Source: a virus
Lineage: Duplodnaviria; Caudoviricetes
DNA length: 64,000 bases
Direction: 5' to 3' (one strand)
IMG/VR virus record: IMGVR_UViG_3300025875_000590
Location: 1-64,000 of that record
Both the position numbers and the translations under genes were made by a program. Under the pieces are notes generated by a model. The model was not told where the DNA came from and did no database searches. It saw only the letters and a list, made by a program, of their open reading frames with translations. Of the stretch, positions 27,378 through 35,091 are shown piece by piece; position 1 is the stretch's first letter, and every line of letters begins with the position of its first letter.

Positions 27378-27943
27378 CGCTCGCTGGGCCCGTCGAGGCG
27401 GGTGATCTGCGCGGTGATGCTGCGCGGCGCCGAGCCCGGGGAGGCCCCGGGGTACTGGCCCCCGCCGGGGTTGGCGGCCTCGTCGTTGGCCTCGAGCTCG
27501 CCGGGGTACCAGCGGTGCAGGAGCAGCCCGGCGTGGCTCTCGCGGATGGAGCGGATCTCCTGGGCGGGCACGAGGACCATCCCGCGGGGAACGCGGCTGC
27601 CCAGCTGGTAGTCCTGCACCAGCTGCCGGAGGTCGGCGACCTGCCGCTCGAGGGACCGGTTCTCCGTCTTCAGCTCGCTGATGTCCGCGGCGTGGTCGGC
27701 CTTCAGGGAGACGATCGACTGCTCGTAGGAGTCGACGCGGCTCTTCGTCTCCTCCAGCAGCAGCCGAAGCACGTCGAAATTGCCCTGCGCCGAGACGGCG
27801 GAGACCTCCTTGCGCTCGGCGGCGGCGACGTCAGCGCGCTCACCGCGGCGGGTGACGTACCGCTGCACGAGGTCCTTCACGCCGAGCCCGGCGAGGATGG
27901 CCCCGATGGCGGTGAGGACGGCGACGATCGTGTCGCCGTTCAC
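27374..27943 (-). CDS. Membrane-anchored coiled-coil protein
   Basis: N-terminal TM (IVAVLTAIGAILAGLGV), heptad region. Confidence 0.65.
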   Translation of the reverse strand: MNGDTIVAVLTAIGAILAGLGVKDLVQRYVTRRGERADVAAAERKEVSAVSAQGNFDVLRLLLEETKSRVDSYEQSIVSLKADHAADISELKTENRSLERQVADLRQLVQDYQLGSRVPRGMVLVPAQEIRSIRESHAGLLLHRWYPGELEANDEAANPGGGQYPGASPGSAPRSITAQITRLDGPSER

Positions 27944-28380
27944 GCGCGGCCCTCGGGGATGCCGCGGGCCTGCTGGTTGCGCCAGGACAGCAGGTGGACG
28001 TAGGCGTAGACGTGGGTGCCGACGGCGAGGATGCCGTAGGCGAAGGTGCCGATCTGGGCGGGGTTGACCCAGGTCAGGTCGAAGGCGAACAGCCCCCACA
28101 CGGCCATGCCCGCCAGGGTCGCGCCGTCGATGATCCGGTCGAGGGCGTCGCTGTAGAGCCCGGCGCCCATGATCAGGCCCAGGACGATGAGCACGGACCC
28201 GAAGATGACGTCGTTGGCGAAGTGCTGGCGGGCGAGGCTGTAGCCGGCGCTGGAGGCGAGGGTGTCGTCGGGGAACAGCAGCCGGATCCCGACGACCACG
28301 TTGAACACGGCTGAGAGCACGCGGGCGGAAGTGACCCGGGCGACGACATGCGTCGGGTCGGTGTGCGGCAGGAGAGGCAT
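27940..28380 (-). CDS. Four-TM membrane protein
   Basis: Four hydrophobic segments. Confidence 0.65.
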   Translation of the reverse strand: MPLLPHTDPTHVVARVTSARVLSAVFNVVVGIRLLFPDDTLASSAGYSLARQHFANDVIFGSVLIVLGLIMGAGLYSDALDRIIDGATLAGMAVWGLFAFDLTWVNPAQIGTFAYGILAVGTHVYAYVHLLSWRNQQARGIPEGRA

Positions 28381-28453
28381 CGGTGGGCTCCGGTAGGGCG
28401 ATACCGCCCCGCCCTCCGGTCAGGAGGGCGGGGCGGCGGGGGTCGCGGGGGTG

Positions 28454-29113
28454 TTACTGGCCGGCGCGGTGCGCGGCGAGCCGCGCCTGCTTCTCCGCGA
28501 CGCGGCCGGTGGTGGGCAGGTCGGCGGCGCGGAGGGCCTCGTCCAGGGCCTCCCCGCGCAGCTCACCCTCGGCCGGGCCGCCCTCGTCGTCGCCACCGGT
28601 GTCGCTGGCGTCGGCGACGTTCTCGGTGCTCTTCGCCGGCAGCCCGGTGTGCGTCTCGTCGCGGGCGCCCTCGACCGGCGGCGGAGCGCCGTGGGTCAAG
28701 CCACCGTTCGGGTCGCCCTCGGGGACGTCGGCCTCGGTGGGAGCACCGGTGGTGGCCTCGGCGTGCGTGGCGCCACCGTTGGGCTCGTTGCCGGAGCGGG
28801 CCAGCGTGCCGCCGGTCTGCGCACCGTCGGTCGCGGCGACACCCCCGGCCGGGGCGGGGCGCTGCGCGACGGCGGTGTTGGTCAGGGCCTTGCCCTCGAC
28901 GGCCATCGCGTCGACGGCGCCGTCCTCGGAGGCGCTGAAGCCGGCGGCCTCGGCGACGTCGGCGGGGACGCGGAAGCCCTGGAACACGGTGGCCACCGAC
29001 TCCTGGGCCACGCCCAGCTCGTCACAGGCGGCGAGCAGCCGACGGGAGATGTCGGGCTGGTCGGCGTTGGCGGCGAAGATCTCCACGAACTGCGGGGCGG
29101 TGGGCTCGGACAC
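28454..29113 (-). CDS. Acidic low-complexity protein with SAP-like C-terminal motif
   Basis: LRGEALDEALRAADLPTTGRVAEKQARL. Confidence 0.65.
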   Translation of the reverse strand: MSEPTAPQFVEIFAANADQPDISRRLLAACDELGVAQESVATVFQGFRVPADVAEAAGFSASEDGAVDAMAVEGKALTNTAVAQRPAPAGGVAATDGAQTGGTLARSGNEPNGGATHAEATTGAPTEADVPEGDPNGGLTHGAPPPVEGARDETHTGLPAKSTENVADASDTGGDDEGGPAEGELRGEALDEALRAADLPTTGRVAEKQARLAAHRAGQ

Positions 29114-29131
29114 GGCGAGGTGCTCCTTCGG

Positions 29132-29971
29132 TCAGACGGTGAGGTTGGTGGGGACGGCGAACAGCCCGCACGAGTGCCCGACGGACACGATGCGGGCGGT
29201 CTGGACCGTGGCGACGTTGGTCTCCCGGTCCAGTGCTTCGGGGAGGTTCTCGGGCAGGTCGATGACCGGGCGGCGGACGACCTTGACGGGGCCGGTGGCG
29301 TAGAGCCAGGTGGCCTCGTCGGTGCGCGCCTGCCCGGCCGGGCCGGAGCCGGGGTAGCCGGTGCCGAACACGACCTTCGTGCCGAGCTCGGTGCGCATGA
29401 CCCCGCGGGACTCCGACACCATGCCCTTGAGCGCCTGGAAGGCGACGCGGGGAGCGTGGATGACGCCGACCGCGCCGGTCATGAGGCCGATGGCCTCCTC
29501 GAGGCGGCCGAAGGCGAGCGCGGGCTTCAGCGCCGTGCCGGAGAGGATCTCCGCGGCCACGGCGTCGGCGAGGTGCACGGGCTCCACGTCGGGGGCCCAG
29601 CCCTCCCCGGTCCAGTAGGCGCGCTCGACGGCGGTCTGCTCCGTGAGGCGCATACGGGCCCGGGCGACGTCGCGCAGGTGCTCGAGCGTGGTGCCGACCG
29701 GCTTGCACTGGATGCCGGCGTGCACGCCGATCGGGGGTGCCTGCACCAGGTCGGTGCCTTCGGGCACGTCGCCGGGGAACGGGCTCTCGACGGCGCAGCC
29801 GACGGGGAACGTGGTGGCCAGCCCGCAGATCGTGGGCTCCCACTGGACGCCGTTGGCCGCGTGCGGGTCGGGGTCGTCCACCGGGACGGCGACGGAGTAC
29901 AGCCCGTAGCCGGCCGTCTCGGGAGTCGGCTCCTCGACGTCGTGCAGCGGGGCGGGGGCGGGAGAGGTCAC
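29132..29971 (-). CDS. Capsid-associated protein (second/minor capsid candidate)
   Basis: Directly after major capsid; GVQWEPTICG...EQTAVERAYW...LYATGPV. Confidence 0.55.
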   Translation of the reverse strand: MTSPAPAPLHDVEEPTPETAGYGLYSVAVPVDDPDPHAANGVQWEPTICGLATTFPVGCAVESPFPGDVPEGTDLVQAPPIGVHAGIQCKPVGTTLEHLRDVARARMRLTEQTAVERAYWTGEGWAPDVEPVHLADAVAAEILSGTALKPALAFGRLEEAIGLMTGAVGVIHAPRVAFQALKGMVSESRGVMRTELGTKVVFGTGYPGSGPAGQARTDEATWLYATGPVKVVRRPVIDLPENLPEALDRETNVATVQTARIVSVGHSCGLFAVPTNLTV

Positions 29972-29993
29972 GGGCGGTGCGCTCCTTCCATGA

Positions 29994-30030
29994 CCGAGGC
30001 CGGGGAGCCGGTCAGGCTCCCCGGCCTCGG
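29994..30030 (-). terminator. Strong hairpin after major capsid gene
   Basis: 16-bp perfect stem. Confidence 0.7.
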
Positions 30031-30048
30031 GTCAGGCGCTGCGAGGGG

Positions 30049-31791
30049 TCAGACGGCAGCGACGGCGACGGGGCCACCGGCGGCGTGGTAGCCGTCCGCG
30101 GCGATCGGCACCGTGTAGACGCGGGAGTCGTGGCCGAGCTTGGCGACCATGAGCGACTCCTCGGTGAACAGGCCGGTGAACTCGTTCTCCACCAGGCCCG
30201 CGGAGTCGTAGACGGTGTCGAGGCTGATGACGTCGCCCATGCCGCGCACGAACGTGCCTGCGGGGTAGACCAGGAACGACACCGTCGCCGGCCAGCGCAC
30301 CGCGGCCACGGCCTGGCCGAGACCGGAGTCCTGCCAGTCGTAGACGAACTGCGGGGCGATGCTGCGCTGGGTGAACCAGGCCCGCACCTCGGCGTCGGTG
30401 ACGTCGAGCAGGTCCTTGCCGCCCTGCCACGCCAGGTCGGCCCGGATCGCGGGGAGGATCCACGCCGGGAACACCGCCTCGAGGGTGGTGCCCCGCGCCA
30501 TGCGGTGCCGGTACTTGACGTCCTCGACGGCCAGCTCGATGGCGTTGAGCACCGGGGTGCCCGCGCCACCGCCGGGGTTCGGAAGCGTCGGCACGGCGGT
30601 CGACAGCGCCACCATGCGGGCGATGCTCTTCGCCGAGATGCGGTGCGCGTGCGCGGCGAGAGCACCGCGGACGACGCGGGCCGTCAGCTCCGGGTAGGCC
30701 CGGTTCTGCAGGATGCCGGCGGTGATGCACAGCCCCTCGACGCCGGCGCGCTCCTCGGTGAACGGGGGGCACTCGACGCGGTAGCAGGGCTTGGTCTGCC
30801 CGGCGGTGGCCTGCGCCTCGGTCTGGGAGAAGCCGGTGCCGTCGAAGATCGACCGGAAGTCCGGGCCCGGGGTGAACCGGATGCCGCCGCGGGCGACGTT
30901 GATCTCCGGCATGTCGACCAGCGCGTCGGCGGCCTCGTACTCGGCGAGGTCGTACAGCGTCTCCGACGGAGCGCACCAGCCACCGGCGGCGACCAGGGAG
31001 CCGCCGGGGAGGCGGTGCTGGTCGATCGCGTAGTCCAGGACCTGGGAGTCGGTGACGGCCTTCGCCACGAGGCCGGGCTCGAAGTCCTTGCGGAGCAGCG
31101 CGATCCCGTGCTTCATGCGGGTCCGGGTGCCCGGCAGCGGAGACGAGGGGTACTCCGACGCCCGGCGAGACACGGCCTCGGCGACCTCACCGAAGGAGCC
31201 GAACGCGGTGCCAGCCTGGTGGCCGGGCGCCTCGGGGGCGGCGATGAGGCTGATCGGGCGGCGCTCGGGGGCGGCCGGCTTCTTCGACAGGCGGGCCAGG
31301 TCGGCGGCCCGGGCACGCGGCCGGGTCGTGGCGCCACCGGTTGCGGCGGCGGCGGTGACGGCGTCGGGCTCCAGCTCGGAGGCGTCGTCGGGGACCTCGA
31401 CGTCGTCCGCGGCGGTGCCGTCGGCGTCGGCGTCTGCGTCGTCTGCGGCGGAGGAGCCGGGCAGCTCGATGCCGGCGAGCTTGTTGCGCCGCTCGGCGTT
31501 GGCGCTGGCGCGACCGTCCTGCTCGACGCGGACGGCGGTGACGACCTCGGCGAGCCGCTCGGCCTCGGCGACGTCGTCGTCGGTGAGGAACTCCTTGTCG
31601 CGGATGGCCTCGAACGCGGATACGGCGCGGGTCTCGAGGTCGGCGAGCGCCTCGTCGTCCGCGGCGTCGACGCCGCCTTCGGGCAGGTCGATCGCGGGGG
31701 CGGTGTCCTCGGTGGGGACGAACACGGTGAAGCGGGCGCCGGCGCGGTCCCGCCCGATGCGCGGGACGGCGGGGAGGGTGGACAGGCTCAC
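30049..31791 (-). CDS. Major capsid protein with N-terminal scaffold-like coiled coil
   Basis: AAGGWCAPSETLYDL...P.INVARGGIRF...TKPCYRVECP; acidic helical N-terminus. Confidence 0.8.
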   Translation of the reverse strand: MSLSTLPAVPRIGRDRAGARFTVFVPTEDTAPAIDLPEGGVDAADDEALADLETRAVSAFEAIRDKEFLTDDDVAEAERLAEVVTAVRVEQDGRASANAERRNKLAGIELPGSSAADDADADADGTAADDVEVPDDASELEPDAVTAAAATGGATTRPRARAADLARLSKKPAAPERRPISLIAAPEAPGHQAGTAFGSFGEVAEAVSRRASEYPSSPLPGTRTRMKHGIALLRKDFEPGLVAKAVTDSQVLDYAIDQHRLPGGSLVAAGGWCAPSETLYDLAEYEAADALVDMPEINVARGGIRFTPGPDFRSIFDGTGFSQTEAQATAGQTKPCYRVECPPFTEERAGVEGLCITAGILQNRAYPELTARVVRGALAAHAHRISAKSIARMVALSTAVPTLPNPGGGAGTPVLNAIELAVEDVKYRHRMARGTTLEAVFPAWILPAIRADLAWQGGKDLLDVTDAEVRAWFTQRSIAPQFVYDWQDSGLGQAVAAVRWPATVSFLVYPAGTFVRGMGDVISLDTVYDSAGLVENEFTGLFTEESLMVAKLGHDSRVYTVPIAADGYHAAGGPVAVAAV

Positions 31792-31805
31792 GGGGGAGGC
31801 TCCTG

Positions 31806-31865
31806 GGGTGCTCGGAAGTGCGAGCGCCCGGCCCTCGGCCAGCGGCGGTACAACCCGGAGGGTAG
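31806..31865 (-). promoter_or_regulatory. Conserved late promoter/5' leader, copy 2
   Basis: Same 35-nt core as upstream of major tail gene. Confidence 0.75.
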
Positions 31866-31910
31866 CCGACCAGCACGGCCGCTGCCTACGAGCCGTCACC
31901 GACACGCTGA

Positions 31911-31943
31911 CGGCCCCGGGCAGCACAACGCCCCCCGGGGCCG
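31911..31943 (-). terminator. Hairpin downstream of par genes
   Basis: 10-bp stem CGGCCCCGGG/CCCGGGGCCG. Confidence 0.45.
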
Positions 31944-32044
31944 CTCCAGCTGATCCAGCTAGCAGCAGCGCCCGAGGGGCGAAGGCCCGATCAGTCCGGC
32001 CGCGGCGTCCTAGGAACGCGGCCAGCAGGTGAGACGGTAGTCGA

Positions 32045-32533
32045 TCAGCCGCCCAGGGGCCGGCCGGTGGGCAGCTGGCCGCTGCTCACCGGTGCCCAGG
32101 ACCGGCCGCCGTTGTACGCCTCCTCCCGCCGCTCGACCTCGCGGCGGACGGCGCGGGCCACGAACTCCGCCCAGGACCGCTCCCCCTCGGCGACGTGGCT
32201 GTTGAGGTAGGCGGCGCGGGCGCGGGCGAGCCCGGCCGGGGTGTCGTAGAAGGTGCTCTTCTCCCGGGCACCCGCCGAGGACGTCGCCACCGCGGGGGCC
32301 GCGGCGGTGACGGTGCCCGGCGCGATCGGGGACTCGACCAGCCCCCGGTCGACCGCGGCGTCGATGGCGCGCTGCTGCGGAGAGGCCACCGGTGCCGGCT
32401 CGGGCAGCCCGGCCGGGCGGGCGCCGAGCACGGGGTCGACCGCCGGGGCCTTCGGCAGCGGGGCCGAGCCGGTGAGCTCGGCGAGGGTGGCCGCGTCGGG
32501 GGCACCAGTGCGCCGCCGGGACGGTGGGGGCAT
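32045..32533 (-). CDS. parB: Plasmid-type centromere-binding ParA partner (ParB C-terminal type)
   Basis: ARARAAY...EGERSWAEFV..AV.REVERREEAYNGG...LPTGRP; overlaps parA stop. Confidence 0.7.
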   Translation of the reverse strand: MPPPSRRRTGAPDAATLAELTGSAPLPKAPAVDPVLGARPAGLPEPAPVASPQQRAIDAAVDRGLVESPIAPGTVTAAAPAVATSSAGAREKSTFYDTPAGLARARAAYLNSHVAEGERSWAEFVARAVRREVERREEAYNGGRSWAPVSSGQLPTGRPLGG

Positions 32534-33336
32534 CAGGACAGCTCCAGGGAGAGGTGGTGGGCCACGGACCGCAGTGCGGCCCGGACGTCGCCGGCGGCGG
32601 CGGTGCGGTACTCGGTGAGCGGAGCAGCAGCCGAAGCGGCCTGCTTCACCACCTCCCGCTCGGGGACCTGCTGCTCGAGCACCAGCTCGGCGTAGTCCTC
32701 GACCAGCGCGGCCAGCCACTCGTCGCCGTCCCGCCGGCCGGGCCGCCACCGGTTGACCACGATCCCCGCCAGCGCGAGGTCGGGGTTGTAGCTGCGGCGG
32801 ACGGTGGCCACGGTGCGGGTCATGAGCGCGAGCCCGGCGACGCTGTCGGCGCCGGGCTCGGTGACCAGCAGCGCCCGGTCGGCGGCGACGAGGGCGTTGA
32901 CGGTGAGCAGCCCGACCGAGGGCGGGCAGTCGATGAGCACGACGTCCCAGCCGCGGTCCTCCCCGTCGAGGGCGGTGCGCAGCCGCCGCTCCCACCCGAG
33001 GTCCCGCTCCATCTCCCGGGCCGACAGCCCGGCTTCGGAGGGCAGCACGCCGAGGGACTCCGGCCACAGCGCGCCGGCCTCGGTGACGGCGTGCGCGGCA
33101 CCGTTGGGCATGACGTCGCCGGTGGCGGGCTGCACGGCCAGCACGTCGGCCAGCGTCAGGTCCGGGGCGTGCACGCCGAGCCGGGCGGAGGCGTTGCCCT
33201 GCGGGTCGGCGTCGATGACGAGCACGCGGAACCCGGCTGCGGCGAGTTCGCCGGCGAGGTTGACGGTGACGGTGGTCTTGCCGACGCCGCCCTTCTGGTT
33301 GCAGACGGCGATGACCATCGCCCGGTCGCCGATCAC
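32533..33336 (-). CDS. parA: ParA partition ATPase
   Basis: NQKGGVGKTT, IDADPQGN, IDCPPS motifs. Confidence 0.92.
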   Translation of the reverse strand: MIGDRAMVIAVCNQKGGVGKTTVTVNLAGELAAAGFRVLVIDADPQGNASARLGVHAPDLTLADVLAVQPATGDVMPNGAAHAVTEAGALWPESLGVLPSEAGLSAREMERDLGWERRLRTALDGEDRGWDVVLIDCPPSVGLLTVNALVAADRALLVTEPGADSVAGLALMTRTVATVRRSYNPDLALAGIVVNRWRPGRRDGDEWLAALVEDYAELVLEQQVPEREVVKQAASAAAPLTEYRTAAAGDVRAALRSVAHHLSLELS

Positions 33337-33428
33337 CGACGACCCCGCCGTCGGTCGAGCCACACCAGCAGGAACGCGAAGTTCCCGCCGGCGACGACCA
33401 GGAGCACGTTCTCCAGCCACTCGCTCAC
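33333..33428 (-). CDS. Small membrane peptide (31 aa)
   Basis: MSEWLENVLLVVAGGNFAFLLVWLDRRRGRR, overlaps both sides. Confidence 0.5.
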   Translation of the reverse strand: MSEWLENVLLVVAGGNFAFLLVWLDRRRGRR

Positions 33429-33823
33429 GCTGCCGCCTCCTTCTTCACCCAGGGCAGGCGGACCGCGGTGTAGCCGCGCTCCTGGCTGGCCCCGCAGTAG
33501 CCGGGCTCGATGACCCCGGCGTCGGCGAGCGCCCCGAGCAGGGTCATGTACTTCGCGTGCGGGACCTCCAGGTCCAGGTAGAGGTGGAAGTGCCCGGGCG
33601 TGGACGAGGGCACAAGCTGGGCGGGGAAGTCCAGGTCGAGGACCGGCCGGTGCACGCGGGTGGGCAGGTCGCCGTAGCCCTCCCGGTCGACCATCGACGT
33701 CGTGACCTGCGCGGCGCCGACGTCCCGGGTGTCGGCCCGGCCGTCGTTGCCGTACTCGGGGCCGAGGTCGACCACGGTCTGCAGCACGTTGCCCGGCAGC
33801 GGGGCCTGCAGCTCGGCGCTCAT
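33425..33823 (-). CDS. Hypothetical phage-like protein
   Basis: HRPVLDLD...SSTPGHFHLYLD. Confidence 0.65.
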   Translation of the reverse strand: MSAELQAPLPGNVLQTVVDLGPEYGNDGRADTRDVGAAQVTTSMVDREGYGDLPTRVHRPVLDLDFPAQLVPSSTPGHFHLYLDLEVPHAKYMTLLGALADAGVIEPGYCGASQERGYTAVRLPWVKKEAAA

Positions 33824-34086
33824 GCCGCAGCCACGGGCGAGGGCCAGACGACGCGCTCAGACCGCTCGATGACGACCGTGCTGGCCGCGGGGATCTCCGC
33901 GACCCGCTCCATCGGCCCGCTCATGTGGTCGTACCCCCCGACAGCAGGGGCCCCGGCGCGGAGCAGCGCGGCCCGCTTCTCCGCGGCCTTCTTCGACTGG
34001 TAGTGCCAGGCCCGGGTCTCGGTGGGCCGCCCCGGAGACGTCCAGGTGGCGGTGACGCGGAACAGGTACTTCGGCCGGTACCTCAC
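33820..34086 (-). CDS. Hypothetical protein
   Basis: GTG 34086 overlaps upstream stop. Confidence 0.55.
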   Translation of the reverse strand: MRYRPKYLFRVTATWTSPGRPTETRAWHYQSKKAAEKRAALLRAGAPAVGGYDHMSGPMERVAEIPAASTVVIERSERVVWPSPVAAA

Positions 34087-34568
34087 GGCTTCGGGACCTC
34101 GACCACGAGGTCGGCCAGGTCCGGCCAGGCGTTGACGCCGAGGGAGCCGGGCAGGTGGAGGACGACGGCGATCGGCGTCCAGCGGCGGATGACGAACAGG
34201 CCCTGCTCGGGCCACCGCTCGTCGGGGCGCACCTCGACGTCGGCTGACTCGTAGCTGACCTGCAGGCCACCGCGGTAGGTGGAGGCGGGGACGCGCTGGT
34301 CGTCGTAGACCTCGCCGAGCACCTCGAGGACGTTGCTGTGCGGGCGGCCGGAGCCGGGCAGCTCCAGCTCCTTGATCGTGTCCCAGGTGGAGATGACGCC
34401 GACGGGGTCGGCGCCGTAGTCGCCGAGGTCGGGCCGGATGCCGGCGTGCAGGGCGGTGAGGGGGATGGCCCGCTCGGGGAGCACGAGGCCCTCGCCGACG
34501 AGCAGGCGCCCGTCGGTGGTGGGCACGTCGGTGCGGCCGATGGGCCCGGAGATGGACAGGACTGACAC
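34083..34568 (-). CDS. Hypothetical protein
   Basis: Start-associated motif upstream; PTTDGR...AIPL. Confidence 0.6.
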   Translation of the reverse strand: MSVLSISGPIGRTDVPTTDGRLLVGEGLVLPERAIPLTALHAGIRPDLGDYGADPVGVISTWDTIKELELPGSGRPHSNVLEVLGEVYDDQRVPASTYRGGLQVSYESADVEVRPDERWPEQGLFVIRRWTPIAVVLHLPGSLGVNAWPDLADLVVEVPKP

Positions 34569-34575
34569 GAGGACA

Positions 34576-34589
34576 GCTCCTCAGCTGGT
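34576..34589 (-). promoter_or_regulatory. Start-associated motif
   Basis: Exact copy before start 34568. Confidence 0.85.
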
Positions 34590-34595
34590 AGGAGA

Positions 34596-34616
34596 AACGG
34601 CACCGTTGGTGCCGTT
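34596..34616 (-). terminator. Terminator-like hairpin at end of conjugation genes
   Basis: AACGGCACC/GGTGCCGTT, U-rich tail on minus strand. Confidence 0.5.
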
Positions 34617-34623
34617 GACTACG

Positions 34624-35091
34624 TTAGCCCTGTTCGGTGGGGCGCGCTAGAGGGAACAGCCGCTCCGGGGGCGCCTCGACCGGGAGCGCGGCCAGCCGGG
34701 GCGAGTGCCCCCGTTCCTCGTTGCAGCCGTGGAACGGGCCGTTCGAGTCCAGCAGGACGGGCATGTGGACGTCGGCGTGGTCGCGGAACCACACGCTCAT
34801 GCCCAGCGCCGGCTCCAGGCGCAGGTGCTCCCACGACCGCCACAGCGCCTCCAGTCGCGCGATGGCCTCAGCGTGCTTCCACCACATCGGGCACCAGATG
34901 AGGGTGCCCAGCGGCCGGCGGTACATGGGCGCGAGCTGATCGGCGACGAACTCGGGCAGCGAGGGGTAGAAGGTCTGCGGCGGCGCCTCGGGCGGTGGGG
35001 GCGGGGCGGCCGGGCGGGGCTTGACGCTGGCGGCGACGTCGTCCATCCACGCGTCGTCCGGGGCGCCCCAGGCGTCGGGGAGCGCGGTCAC
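34624..35091 (-). CDS. DUF4913-like conjugation-associated protein
   Basis: WCPMWWKHAEAIARLEALWRSWEHLR...WFRDHAD.HM..L...GPF.GC. Confidence 0.75.
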   Translation of the reverse strand: MTALPDAWGAPDDAWMDDVAASVKPRPAAPPPPPEAPPQTFYPSLPEFVADQLAPMYRRPLGTLIWCPMWWKHAEAIARLEALWRSWEHLRLEPALGMSVWFRDHADVHMPVLLDSNGPFHGCNEERGHSPRLAALPVEAPPERLFPLARPTEQG

